From: Dehalococcoidia bacterium
GTDB lineage: Bacteria; Chloroflexota; Dehalococcoidia; Bin125
DNA: 64,000 nt
NCBI GenBank assembly: GCA_963663235.2
Contig: CAXXNO010000001.1
Location: 32,001-96,000, forward strand
Direction of reading: 5' to 3'
The position numbers and the translations under genes are program-made. The stretch's first letter is position 1, and every line of letters begins with the position of its first letter. Positions 1 through 9,883 of the stretch are shown in pieces. Below the pieces are notes generated by a model. The model saw only the letters and a list, made by a program, of their open reading frames with translations, did not search any database and was not told the DNA's origin.

Positions 1-198
1 CTTCTGGCCGCGCCCGACGGGCCCGCCACCGTGGTGAAGCGTGACTATTTCGGCCACGACCAGCTGGTCACGGTTCGGCTGCCCTCGGGGGCGCTGCTGC
101 ACGCGCGCCTCGGGCCCGAAGAGGATTTCCGTGTGGGGGGGCGCGTACGCGTCAGCGCGCGTGGCGGGGCGGTGCTCTTCCCGCCCACCGACGCATAG
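1..198 (+). CDS. ABC transporter ATP-binding protein, C-terminal TOBE domain (5' truncated)
   Basis: Frame 1 reads ...ATVVKRDYFGHDQLVTVRLPSGALLHARLG...GGRVRV...TDA* (TAG at 196-198), typical of Fe3+/polyamine ABC ATPase C-termini. Confidence 0.7.
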   Translation, partial: LLAAPDGPATVVKRDYFGHDQLVTVRLPSGALLHARLGPEEDFRVGGRVRVSARGGAVLFPPTDA

Positions 199-205
199 CG
201 CCGCC

Positions 206-805
206 TCAGGCGCGCCGGTCGTCGCGATCCGGCGCCAGCGCTCCCAGCAACGATCGCAGCGCCTCGTACGCCCGCATCGACATGGCGCCTGCGACGACCG
301 GCTGTGCGATCGGGTCCGATTCGCCGCTCCCCTTCTCGCCTCCCGCCGGGTCGCCGTCCTCGGCGACGATCTCGTCCGGCGGGATCGGTGGCGGCGCCGG
401 CGGCGACCCGGCGCCCAGGTCGGGGAGAGGCGGCGGGGGCGGAGGCATCTCCCCCACTCCTTGCGCCGGGCTCCCGGCCCCGGCGGCCGGCGGGTCGATC
501 AGCGTCGTGCCGGGCGGAACGAAGCGCGCGTGGAAGCGTCCCGGTTCCACGGAGAAGATGTGCAACGTTGACCCCGACGGAACGTGCGCCCGCGCCCGCT
601 TGATGACGGCGGCCAGCGTCGGCGCGATGCCGAGCCGCTCCAAGACGTTCGCCGTCGCCGCCGGGGCGCTCCCGGCGGCCACCTCGGCGGTGGGCGAGGA
701 GGCCCGCGCCAGCTCTTCCGAGAAGGACGGGCCGGGCTCGGTCGCCACCCTCGATGCGGGGCGATCGCTCGGCGGAGGTGCGGGGACGGAGGGCTCGACG
801 TGCAT
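206..805 (-). CDS. hypothetical Pro-rich protein
   Basis: 199-aa ORF, ATG with upstream GGAG; small globular core (RARAHVPSGSTLHIFSVEPGRFHARF) between low-complexity regions. Confidence 0.55.
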   Translation of the reverse strand: MHVEPSVPAPPPSDRPASRVATEPGPSFSEELARASSPTAEVAAGSAPAATANVLERLGIAPTLAAVIKRARAHVPSGSTLHIFSVEPGRFHARFVPPGTTLIDPPAAGAGSPAQGVGEMPPPPPPLPDLGAGSPPAPPPIPPDEIVAEDGDPAGGEKGSGESDPIAQPVVAGAMSMRAYEALRSLLGALAPDRDDRRA

Positions 806-1006
806 GCTGATCGCTCCCGCTCCAAGCTAGACGGCGCATCCGGAGGCGGACCAGCGGGTATTTCCCGCGCCTTGCCGGGTCCGATCCCGCATGTCGACCG
901 GTACCGCCGGAAGGCTTGCCCGCGCCACGCCCTCCCTCGATACTCGCCCTGGCCGCTCCGAGGGCGGCCGTCGAGCCGGCTCCCAACCCCGAAAGGACCG
1001 AGACGC

Positions 1007-1531
1007 ATGGAGACCAGCGAGTTCTTGGACTACTTCATCGGCAAGCTGCACGATGACGTCGCGGACGCACTGGAAGGGCTGAACGACGAACAGCTCTACT
1101 TCCTGCTCAACGACAACAGCTGCCACGCCGCCTTCCACGCCTGGCACGTGGTACGCACGGCCGACAACGTGATCAACTTCGTCTGTCAGGATCGCAAGCC
1201 GCCGGTCTGGATGCGCCAAGAGTTGCCCCAGAAGTGGAACCTGCCCAAGGCGGCGCAGGGCACGGGCATGGAGCTGGCCGAGGCCCGGGCGCTGCGCGTC
1301 CCCAGCGGCGCGGCCCTGATCCAGTACACACGCGACGTGAAGGACGATATCTGCCCCTACCTCCGCGACGCCAGCGACGCGGACCTGGACGCCATCACCA
1401 AAGTCGCGCAGTTCGGCGAGAAGCCCAAGCTCTGGCAGATCGGGCAGACCATCGTGACCCACGGCAACACGCACCTGGGTCAGCTCAAGATGCTGCGGTC
1501 GGCTCAGGGCCTCTCGGGTGACGCGATGTAG
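1007..1531 (+). CDS. DinB family protein
   Basis: RBS AAGGA before ATG 1007; WHVVR...D and C-terminal H-x3-H-x-GQ (HGNTHLGQ) DinB His motifs. Confidence 0.85.
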   Translation: METSEFLDYFIGKLHDDVADALEGLNDEQLYFLLNDNSCHAAFHAWHVVRTADNVINFVCQDRKPPVWMRQELPQKWNLPKAAQGTGMELAEARALRVPSGAALIQYTRDVKDDICPYLRDASDADLDAITKVAQFGEKPKLWQIGQTIVTHGNTHLGQLKMLRSAQGLSGDAM

Positions 1532-2496
1532 GGCCCGCGCGCCGGCGGCGCTTCGCCGCCCAGCAGCGGTCCTTGCCGCAGCTCCTCCACCGCCGCCGCC
1601 CGCGCCGCGCCATCCCTGGCCCGGCGGACCGCCTCGAACGGCGCGACGGCGCCCAGGCGTCGGATGCGCAGGAAGAAGTCCCCATCCACTTCGCCGCCGC
1701 GATGCCGGTACGCCTCCACCACGCGCCAGCTGAAGTCCGCCCCGCAACTGGACACCAGCCCGGCGAAATCGATGGCCGCGTCCCCCGCTCTCGCCGCGCC
1801 GAACTCGTCCACCGCCAGAACCGTGGTCGCTTCGTCGTCCACCAGGATCCGCCCGGCCCGCAGGTCGCCGTGCACTAGGCGCGGCTCGAACGTCCAGTTC
1901 CGCTCATCGGAGAGGAAGTCCTTCCACCAGCGCCGCAGCCGGCCCAGCTCGGAGAAGCGCAGCGACCCGCGCAGCCCACCCAGCGCCTCCCGCCGCAGCG
2001 CCTCGAACCCCGGCTTCCAGGCCCGCGCGCCGGGCACGTCCAGCGCTCCCGCGCGCTCCAAGTCGAAGTCGTGCAGCCCCAACAGAAACTCGGCGATCTC
2101 CTGCGCCAGCCGGTCGGCGTTGCGCTCGTGAATCGCTTCCGCGCGCAACGGCGCCCCCGGCAACTTGCCGTGCCCGCTGAAGCCGAGCGGAACAGCGGCC
2201 GTGGAACCGGCCTGCCACGCAGGGACCGGCACCTCCGGACCCACGTGCCCCCGCAGGAAGGGGAGCAGCCGCGCCTCTTTCGCCTGCGCCTCCGCCGCGC
2301 CCTGCGTCTGCGGGAAGCGGAACACCGCGCGCCCCGCCGTCTCGACGGTGACGCAGTCACCGTCGGCGCTTCGCAGGCTCAGCGGCTCCACGTCGTCAAG
2401 CTCAGGGAACGCGGCCTGGATCGCGACCGCGTAGCGCGACAACGAATCGGCGCCGGCCTGCGAGGCGATCACGGATGCAGCCCCGTCCTCAGCCAT
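1504..2496 (-). CDS. aminoglycoside phosphotransferase (APH)-family protein, degenerate active site
   Basis: VFRFP, EARLL, LVHGDL, GDAAIDFA motifs. Confidence 0.8.
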   Translation of the reverse strand: MAEDGAASVIASQAGADSLSRYAVAIQAAFPELDDVEPLSLRSADGDCVTVETAGRAVFRFPQTQGAAEAQAKEARLLPFLRGHVGPEVPVPAWQAGSTAAVPLGFSGHGKLPGAPLRAEAIHERNADRLAQEIAEFLLGLHDFDLERAGALDVPGARAWKPGFEALRREALGGLRGSLRFSELGRLRRWWKDFLSDERNWTFEPRLVHGDLRAGRILVDDEATTVLAVDEFGAARAGDAAIDFAGLVSSCGADFSWRVVEAYRHRGGEVDGDFFLRIRRLGAVAPFEAVRRARDGAARAAAVEELRQGPLLGGEAPPARGPYIASPERP

Positions 2497-3569
2497 TGAA
2501 GCGGGTCCACGTCGCGGCCGTTGACAATCACCTCCCAGTGCAGATGCGGCCCCGTCGACACGCCAGTGGTGCCGATCGCGCCCACCTCCTCGCCCGCCTC
2601 CACCTCGGCGCCTTCCTCGACAGCGATCGCGGACATATGCCAGTAGCCGCTGTAGACCCCGGCGCCGTGATCGATGATCACGCCCAGGCCGTGGACCGGG
2701 AGCGCATCCGCAAACACGACGATCCCTGCCGCCGCCGCCCAGACGGGCTCGCCCGCGTCGGCGATGATGTCGTGTCCATGGTGCCAGTCGCTGGCCGGCG
2801 CCTCGTTGAAGGAGCGCAGCACGCCGAACGGACTATCGTCGGCGCCCTCCACCGGCCGGACCCAGGGACCGACCCAGCGCGGCGGACCGGTCACCTCGGT
2901 GTATTCCACGAAGCGCGCATGATTGTCGATCGCGACGAACTCTGGGGCCAGCAGCGCGGCGATCTCGGGGGGGAGCGTCACCTCATCGACCTCGGGCTCC
3001 GCCGCCGCCGCGCCGGGCTCGGCCGCATCGGGCGGCTCCGGCTCGGGGACGAAGACCTCGAATTCGCCTTGCAACGACTCCTGGTGTGCGCCCGTGGCGT
3101 CGAAGAGATCTACCACCGCGCTGTAAATCCCGGTCTCGCTCAACGGTGTGACGGAGACGTAGCCCAGCCAGACGCCATCGCTCAGCACCAGCGGCGTGGT
3201 GACGCCGGCGACCGTCACGACCGCCTCCGCGGCTTCCACGCCCAGGGCGCGCACCAACGCCGTCTCGCCCGGCTGAATGGCCTCCGGCGTCACGGTGACC
3301 TCGGGCTCGATCACCTCCGGTTCCGGATCCGGATCCGGCGGCACTTCGATGACCGGCGGCTCCACGATCACCGGCTCCGGCGGCGGCTCTGGCTGCGGCG
3401 GGGCCGGCAGGTCGGCGGCGGTCTGCGGACTCGGCGGCGGATCCTCGGCCTCCGGCTCGTCGTCCACACGGCCGTCCCCACACGCCGCCCCGGCCAGCGC
3501 GACCAGTGCGACGGCCGATATGAGCAACGGGCGCAACCCGCGGCGACGGCTCCCGGATGACCACAGCAC
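2469..3569 (-). CDS. M23 family metallopeptidase lipoprotein
   Basis: Signal/lipobox (AGAAC), Pro-rich linker, HHGHD and GPHLHWEV zinc motifs. Confidence 0.9.
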   Translation of the reverse strand: MLWSSGSRRRGLRPLLISAVALVALAGAACGDGRVDDEPEAEDPPPSPQTAADLPAPPQPEPPPEPVIVEPPVIEVPPDPDPEPEVIEPEVTVTPEAIQPGETALVRALGVEAAEAVVTVAGVTTPLVLSDGVWLGYVSVTPLSETGIYSAVVDLFDATGAHQESLQGEFEVFVPEPEPPDAAEPGAAAAEPEVDEVTLPPEIAALLAPEFVAIDNHARFVEYTEVTGPPRWVGPWVRPVEGADDSPFGVLRSFNEAPASDWHHGHDIIADAGEPVWAAAAGIVVFADALPVHGLGVIIDHGAGVYSGYWHMSAIAVEEGAEVEAGEEVGAIGTTGVSTGPHLHWEVIVNGRDVDPLQWLRTGLHP

Positions 3570-3623
3570 GAACTCCAGGGTACCCTGACCTCATCCGCCG
3601 GACGAAGTCATCACGGGAGCGCC

Positions 3624-4004
3624 GTGCCGGAGTCCGTCCCCCACAAGCCACGGACCGTCGAGAAGCCCTGGGGCCACGAGACGATCTACGCCGAAACCGA
3701 CCGCTACGCCGGCAAGGTGCTTTTCGTCGCCAAGGGCCGCCGGCTCAGCCTCCAGTACCACGAGCGCAAGAGCGAGACGATGTACCTGCTGCGCGGACAC
3801 GTGCGCATGACCGTGGGCCCCGCCGCCGATGCCCTGCGCGACGTCGCTCTGCGCCCCGGCGACGCGATCGACCTCCCCGCCGGGACCGTGCACCGCGTCG
3901 AGGCGATCGAGGACTCCGAGATTCTGGAGACCTCCACCCCCGAGCTCGACGACGTGATCCGCCTCGCCGACGACTTCGGCCGCGAGGGCACCTCCGCCCC
4001 CTGA
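3624..4004 (+). CDS. cupin domain protein (mannose-6-phosphate isomerase-like)
   Basis: VEKPWG, RLSLQYHERKSE, GTVHRVEA, DDVIRLADDFGR. Confidence 0.9.
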   Translation: MPESVPHKPRTVEKPWGHETIYAETDRYAGKVLFVAKGRRLSLQYHERKSETMYLLRGHVRMTVGPAADALRDVALRPGDAIDLPAGTVHRVEAIEDSEILETSTPELDDVIRLADDFGREGTSAP

Positions 4005-4007
4005 GCG

Positions 4008-4780
4008 CTACCGCGCGCCGCGGTGGGCTTCCCCCTTGGCTTCGTAGAGCGCCGCGTCCGCCCGGATCAGGATGGGCTCCACCTCGTCCCCTTCTTGCTC
4101 CGCCCACTCCGCCACGCCCGCGCAGATCGACACGCGTGTCTGCCCGCCGAACGGGAGGTCAACCGGCGCTTCGGCCACGGCGTGCTCGAACGCCGCCACC
4201 GCGCGCAGCGCATGCTCCAGGTCCGTCTGCGGCAAGAGGAGAAGGAACTCGTCGCCACCCCACCGCCCCACCAGGTCGGCCCGCCGCACGCGTTCTTGCA
4301 GCCGCTGCGCCACAGCCCGCAACACCGCGTCCCCGGCGAAATGGCCGAAGCTGTCGTTGATCATCTTCAGGCCGTTGAGGTCAGCCAAGGCGACGCTGAC
4401 CGGTCCGCCGTAGCGCACCGCGCGCGCGATCTCCCGCGTCAGCGCCGCCTGAATCGCGCGGCGGTTCTGGATGCCGGTGAGGTAGTCCCGCGTCGCCAGA
4501 TCCCGGTACCGCTCCAACTCGCGCTCCAGTTCGGCCACCACCGGCGCGCCCCGCACGGCCGGCAGCTCGAAGACCTCCAGCTCCCGGCGTGAGGCCGGCT
4601 CGATCTCGCCCAGCCGCTGCCCGGCGCCGGATCCCGCCTCCCAGCCCAGGATCTCGCGCGCCGCCCCGTTCGCGGCGACCACCCGTCCCCGCCACCGTCC
4701 ACGAGCACGGCGGCGCCCGCTGCCCGTTCCAGCAGCTGCTCCACGCCCAACGCCCCAGGCTCCACCCGCTCCGCCGACAC
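4008..4780 (-). CDS. PAS-GGDEF diguanylate cyclase (frameshift near 4687-4690)
   Basis: DYLTG, INDSFGH, RxxD I-site, RWGGDEF; PAS-like N-terminus AVLVDGGG / RVVAANGAAREILGW split across two frames at a G4 run. Confidence 0.85.
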
Positions 4781-4829
4781 GCTCTCCTCAGATCTCCCTA
4801 TCTCCCGCAGCCCAACTTATCGCCGCGGC

Positions 4830-4855
4830 TGATCGCAGGTGGCGATCCTCGCGTA
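4830..4855 (+). promoter_or_regulatory. putative ECF sigma promoter TGATCG-N16-CGTA
   Basis: Upstream of the ECF sigma gene; similar TGGTCC-N16-CGTA at 6307-6332. Confidence 0.4.
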
Positions 4856-4991
4856 CGGATTGGTCAGGATGCCAACAGCGCCGACGAAACGCTACCACGC
4901 CGCCCGCCGCGCCGCGCCGCCCACTGCCCCTCCGCTTGCCCCACCCTACCCATCACGCCGATTATCAGGGGGCACCGGCCGGAGGACGCCG

Positions 4992-5543
4992 ATGGCGGAC
5001 CGCGACGGCGACAGCCATCTCTTGGAGCGCATCGCCGACGGCGATGATGACGCGCTGCGCGAACTGTACCGCCGCTACGGCCGTCTCGCCTTCACCCTGG
5101 CCTATCGCATCACGAGGCGGGAGGATCGGGCGGAGGAGGCGGTGCAGGAGGCCTTCGTCCGCGTCTGGCGCAACGCCGGGCGCTTCGACCCCAGCCGCGC
5201 CTCCTTCGCCACCTGGTTTTCCCGCGTCGTCCGCAATCTCTGCATCGACATGCTTCGCCGCAAGGATCCGCTGGAGCGTGCCGGCGCCCTCTCCAAAATC
5301 GAGGACTGGATCGCGTACAGCGAGCCTATCGAGCCCGTGATCGTGAACCGTCTGGACGTCCGCGATGCCTTCCTGCGCCTGCCTGCCGAACAGAGCCGCG
5401 TGCTGGAGATGGCCTACTACCAGGGCTTCACCCACCGCGAGATCGCCGAAGCGTTGGCGATCCCGGAGGGGACGGTGAAGTCCCGCATGCGACTGGGCTT
5501 GCAGCGCATGCGTCGCCATCTGGGAGACGGGAGGTCCTCCTGA
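4992..5543 (+). CDS. ECF RNA polymerase sigma-70 factor (SigK-like)
   Basis: RBS GGAGG; AEEAVQEAFVRVW region 2; THREIAEALAIPEGTVKSRMRLGL region 4. Confidence 0.95.
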   Translation: MADRDGDSHLLERIADGDDDALRELYRRYGRLAFTLAYRITRREDRAEEAVQEAFVRVWRNAGRFDPSRASFATWFSRVVRNLCIDMLRRKDPLERAGALSKIEDWIAYSEPIEPVIVNRLDVRDAFLRLPAEQSRVLEMAYYQGFTHREIAEALAIPEGTVKSRMRLGLQRMRRHLGDGRSS

Positions 5544-6229
5544 TGGACCGTGAGACCGCGCGCGACCTGCTGCCCGCCTACGCCCTGGGCGCGCTTGAGG
5601 ACGCCGAGCGGCGCGAGCTCCAGGAGCTCCTCGCGGACTGGCCGGAAGGGCGCGCCGAGCTGGCGGGACTCATCGCCACCGTTGACGCGCTCCCCTACGC
5701 GCTGGAGGAAGAGCGCCCCTCCCTGGGGCTGGAGGGGCGCATCATCACCCGCGCGCGGGCCCAGCGCGAGCCCTGGCGCCGGCCGCGCGCCGCCGCGCCG
5801 CCCCGGCGCGTCCTGCGCTGGCTGCCGCACCTCATGGCGGCCTCGTTCGCGGCGGCCGCAGCGGTGCTCGGCGTCTTCGCCTTCACCGGCGGTGATGAGG
5901 TCATCGCCGGGCGCTGGTTCGACCTCCCCACCACCGACAACGCCGCCGCCTACATCACCTACTTCGACGAGCGGCCGATCGGCGTCCTCTTCCGCGGCTT
6001 GGAGCCGCCTCCCGAGGAGCGCGTCTACCAGCTCTGGCGCCTGCGGGCCGACGACAGCCGCGCCATCGTCGATACCTTCGTGCCCCGGCCCGACGGCTGG
6101 GCCGCCGTGGCGATCGTCCTGGGCGAAGACGAGGCGGTGGTCGGCTTCGGTTTGACCATCGAGCCGCTCGATGACCTGGACGCCGCGCCCTCCACCGAGT
6201 TCCCGCCCATCACCTTCCCCGTCAGGTAA
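5543..6229 (+). CDS. anti-sigma factor, RskA-like
   Basis: Overlaps sigma stop; LLPAYALGAL, one TM helix, YQLW and LTIEP RskA motifs. Confidence 0.9.
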   Translation: MDRETARDLLPAYALGALEDAERRELQELLADWPEGRAELAGLIATVDALPYALEEERPSLGLEGRIITRARAQREPWRRPRAAAPPRRVLRWLPHLMAASFAAAAAVLGVFAFTGGDEVIAGRWFDLPTTDNAAAYITYFDERPIGVLFRGLEPPPEERVYQLWRLRADDSRAIVDTFVPRPDGWAAVAIVLGEDEAVVGFGLTIEPLDDLDAAPSTEFPPITFPVR

Positions 6230-6306
6230 TGGCTCGATCTCCTCGCATGACGTTATGTTCCTTTGCGTCGCCGGAAGCACGTTGCAGGAGTCATGCTCGC
6301 CTAAGG

Positions 6307-6333
6307 TGGTCCACCGACGCTCCTGCCTCGTAA
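6307..6333 (+). promoter_or_regulatory. putative ECF sigma promoter TGGTCC-N16-CGTAA
   Basis: About 50 bp upstream of the lipoprotein gene; same spacing as the motif upstream of the sigma gene. Confidence 0.45.
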
Positions 6334-6382
6334 GGTTTCCTGAAGCAGCGGCGGTATCCACCGCACGCGGAAGGAGTCTCTG

Positions 6383-7132
6383 ATGAGCGAATCCCGCTTG
6401 ATCCGGTCGCGCGGGCGCAGGCTGTCACGACGCGCCATGTTCGTCCTGGGCGCCCACCTCGGCCTCGGTGCGGCCGGGTTGGCGCTGGTCGGCTGCGGCG
6501 GTGACGACGATGCCGAGCCGGCCGTCGCCCAGGAGCCCGCCCCAGCGCCGGAGCCGCAGCCGGAACCGCAGCCGGCGCCAGAGCCCGAGCCTGCCGAAGA
6601 GCCGGCGACGGAGCCGGAGCCCGCGAACGTCGTGATCAAGCGGGTCATGCTCGAAGGCGCCGAGGGCGTCGTGGTCCTGGCCAACATCGGCGGCCGACGC
6701 CAGAGCCTCGATGGCTGGTTCCTCTGTCAGTTCCCCACCTACTGGCCCCTCCCCGCGGTCGAGATCGGCTCGGGGGAGCAGATCGAGATCTTCACCGCCG
6801 CGGGAGAGAACACGGACTCCACGCTTTTCGCCGGCTGCGGCTTTGGCGATCTCAACGGCGGCCAGGGCGAGGTGGGCCTCTTCGTGGACGGCCAGTTCGG
6901 TTCTGCGGATTCCATCCGCAGCTACGTCGCCTGGGGCGACGACAGCACGCGCACGCAGGTCGCCCGCGACGCCGGCATCTGGGGCGATAACCTCACGGCG
7001 GCCGACGGCGACGAGATCGTCTACCGCGGCAGCGGCACCGGTTCCGAGGCCTACGCCGTGGCCAGCGCCGGCGCGGCCGCGCCCGAGACCTCCGACGACG
7101 ACGGAGCGGGGCGAGGCCCCATCTACCCCTAG
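6383..7132 (+). CDS. Tat-exported lipoprotein with lamin-tail-like domain
   Basis: LSRRAMF twin-arginine signal, LVGC lipobox, PE-rich linker, N-x-G...LDGWFLC motif. Confidence 0.75.
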   Translation: MSESRLIRSRGRRLSRRAMFVLGAHLGLGAAGLALVGCGGDDDAEPAVAQEPAPAPEPQPEPQPAPEPEPAEEPATEPEPANVVIKRVMLEGAEGVVVLANIGGRRQSLDGWFLCQFPTYWPLPAVEIGSGEQIEIFTAAGENTDSTLFAGCGFGDLNGGQGEVGLFVDGQFGSADSIRSYVAWGDDSTRTQVARDAGIWGDNLTAADGDEIVYRGSGTGSEAYAVASAGAAAPETSDDDGAGRGPIYP

Positions 7133-7275
7133 CCGTTGGCCCATAGCCGCTACCGGGGCGCCGACCACCGTCTGAGAGAGAACGCACCGGCCCACTCCCC
7201 TCGGCGCAGAAGCGGCTCTCAGAGGGTGTGAGCGCCAGGCTCGGCGCGATGAGGACCCGGGAAGGAAACCCTCCA

Positions 7276-8153
7276 ATGACGAGATTGCCGAGTAGTCGCC
7301 CAGGTCAGCCACACAGGCGGCGGCGGAGGCTCTCGCGCCGGGCCGCGCTGCTCCTCGGCGCCAACCTCGGCATCGGCGCCGCCGCGCTGGCCCTCGTCGG
7401 CTGCAGCAGCGACGACGATGACCAGGCCACTGCCGCGCCCAGCGCTCCAGAGCCCGCCCCGGAGCCCGAGGCCCCAGCCGAAGCCCCCGCCGAGCCGGCC
7501 GCCCCCCGGAACCCCAGCCCGAAACGCCCGTCGAGCAGGCCCTCCCTCCGGAGCCTGAGGCGCCGACCCAGCCACCCCCTGAGGAACCCGTCATCCAGGA
7601 GCCTCCCCCAGAGCCCGAGCCGCAAGCCGAGCCTCCCCCCGAAGAGCCGATGGATCTACCGGAGGAGCCACCGGAGGCCCCAGCGGAGCCGGCGGCGCCG
7701 GCCTTCGTCGTGATCACGGCTGTGGCGCTGGGCGGCGCGGCGGGGAGCGTGACGCTCACCAACTTCGGAGGCGAGCCGCAGAACTTGGAGGGCTGGTTCC
7801 TCTGCCAGTTTCCCGACTACTGGCCCTTCCCCGCGGTCGAACTCGGCCCCGGCGAGCGGATCGACATCTCCGCAGCGTCGGGAGCCGACACCGCCTTCAG
7901 ACTCTTCTCCAACCAGGCCTACGGCGCTCTCGACGGCGGGCAAGGCGAGGTGGCGCTGTACTCCGACGGCCAGTTCGCCGATCCAGGCTCGATCCGCAGT
8001 TACGTCGCCTGGGGCGGCGACAGCCAGCGCACCCAGGTCGCCCGCGACGCCGGCATCTGGGGCGCCGACAATCTCACCGCCAACGCAGGCGATATCATCG
8101 CCCGCACCGGCGGCGGGATCGGCGCCGACGGGTACCAGGTGGTCGGCGGCTGA
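7276..8153 (+). CDS. Tat lipoprotein paralog with lamin-tail-like domain (frameshift at C6 run 7502-7507)
   Basis: LSRRAAL and LVGC; one added C joins the N-terminus to the GWFLCQFPDYWP domain, which closely resembles 6383-7132. Confidence 0.75.
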
Positions 8154-8251
8154 CGGTAACCCCCCAACGAAGCGGGAGCGCGAAGCGGCGTCTCTCTCGC
8201 CGCGTCCGTGATCGCGCCGCCAGTTCCGCATTAGCATGCGCGCAACCAGCG

Positions 8252-8914
8252 ATGACAACACCCGAGTTGCCCTCCACGCGTCTCATCTTGGTGCGACACG
8301 CCCAGGCGGGCGGTCGGGGCCAGCCCTACGGCCCCGATGCGCCCCTGACCGACGCCGGCCGCCGGCAGGCCGATCTCCTGGCTGCGGCGCTCGCCGAGGA
8401 CGACATCGCCACCGTTTTCTCCAGCCCCTACCGGCGGGCACAGGACACGGCCGAGCCGCTGCGACGCCGTCTCGGTCGCTCCCTGGACACCGACGAGCGC
8501 CTCGCGGAGTTCCGCGTCAGTCCCGACGATCGACGGACCATCGAGGAGATCGTGGATGAGCTCCGCCACCTGATGCTATGGCGCCCGCACGATCAGGACG
8601 GGCCCGGCGGCGAGACGCTGGCCCAGTTCCAGCAGCGCGTGTCCGCCTTCATGGATGAGGCGGCCCGCCGCTCCGCGCCCGGAGCGGCGGTGATCGTCGC
8701 CCACTCGGGCACCATCGCCGCTGCCATGCGCTGGGCCTACGGCCTCACGCCCCAGCACGACTGGCACTCCGACGTGGAGGTCTACAACGCCTCCATCACC
8801 GAGATCCGGTACTGGCCGCAGGGACGCCATCCGGAGGGCGCTCCCTACGCCGCCGCCATCCGCCGCCTCAACGACGTCCGGCATCTCCCGCCGGACCTCG
8901 TCACGCAGTTCTGA
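8252..8914 (+). CDS. histidine phosphatase family protein
   Basis: LVRHA, SSPYRRAQDTA, GGET, VAHSG, LNDVRHL. Confidence 0.92.
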   Translation: MTTPELPSTRLILVRHAQAGGRGQPYGPDAPLTDAGRRQADLLAAALAEDDIATVFSSPYRRAQDTAEPLRRRLGRSLDTDERLAEFRVSPDDRRTIEEIVDELRHLMLWRPHDQDGPGGETLAQFQQRVSAFMDEAARRSAPGAAVIVAHSGTIAAAMRWAYGLTPQHDWHSDVEVYNASITEIRYWPQGRHPEGAPYAAAIRRLNDVRHLPPDLVTQF

Positions 8915-8962
8915 AGGCCGCCGCCTTGGCGCAAGCCCCCGGCCCGGCGGTATCCTGAGCCC

Positions 8963-9865
8963 ATGGACGCGCTCACCTTTCGCGAGCACCCTGAGCTGCG
9001 CAAGCCCATCCTGGTGACAGCGTTTCTCGGCTGGAACGACGCCGCCGAGTCCGCCACCAACGCCGTGCGCTACTTGCGCCGCCTGCCCAACACTGAGCCG
9101 GTCGCCGACATCGACCCCGAGCAGTTCTTCGTCTTCACAGAGCAACGCCCGCAGATCCGCCTCACCAGCGGACGGCAGCGGGAGATCCTCTGGCCCACGA
9201 TTGACTTCACCTACAGCCGCTTGCAGACGGCGGACATCGACCTCGTCGTGGGCTTGGCGGCGGAGCCCCAATTGAAGTGGAAGCACTTCGCCGACACGGT
9301 GCTCACGCTCGCGCGCGATTTGGGCGTCAGTGAGTTGGTCACCCTGGGCGCCCTCCTGTCCGATACCCCCCACACCCGCCCGGTGCCCCTCACGGGCATC
9401 GCCAGCGACTCGGAGCGCGCGCTCGCCCTCGGCTTCCAGCCCTCCAACTATGAGGGCCCCACCGGCATCGTCGGCGTCCTCAACGACGCCTGCCGGCGGG
9501 CGGGCCTCCCCTTCGTCAGCCTCTGGGCCAACTGCCCGCACTACATCGGCGGCATCCACAACCCCCGCGCCACCCAGGCGCTGCTGCACAAGCTCAACGA
9601 GATCTACTCCCTGGGCCTCCGCCTCGACGACCTGGACGCCCGCGCTCAGCGCTACGAGGTGGAGGTGACCAACGCCATCAAGGACAACCCGGACGTCCAG
9701 GAATACGTCGGACGCCTGGAGGCCGCCGCCGAAGCGAATGAGACGCCGCCGCCCGCCGCCGAGCTGCGCAGCTCCGACATCCTGGAGGAGATCGATCGCC
9801 TCCTCAAGCGCAACGAAGCCGATGACGATCCCCCCAGCGGCACGCCTCCCCTCGAAGGCGGCTAG
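8963..9865 (+). CDS. PAC2 family (proteasome assembly chaperone-like) protein
   Basis: GWNDAAESA, RP, EPQLKW, TPHTRP, YEGPTGIVGVL, WANCPHY. Confidence 0.9.
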   Translation: MDALTFREHPELRKPILVTAFLGWNDAAESATNAVRYLRRLPNTEPVADIDPEQFFVFTEQRPQIRLTSGRQREILWPTIDFTYSRLQTADIDLVVGLAAEPQLKWKHFADTVLTLARDLGVSELVTLGALLSDTPHTRPVPLTGIASDSERALALGFQPSNYEGPTGIVGVLNDACRRAGLPFVSLWANCPHYIGGIHNPRATQALLHKLNEIYSLGLRLDDLDARAQRYEVEVTNAIKDNPDVQEYVGRLEAAAEANETPPPAAELRSSDILEEIDRLLKRNEADDDPPSGTPPLEGG

Positions 9866-9883
9866 CGCCGTCGCCGTGCACGC

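Noticed and set aside
7170-7275. Glycine riboswitch-like CTCTCAG sequence before lipoprotein 2
   Set aside because: Lacks the GGAGA...CCGAAG core and tandem aptamer; only a weak hairpin
8963-9865. Pup-proteasome system
   Set aside because: Only a PAC2-like gene is present; no prcAB, pup, pafA or arc in the window
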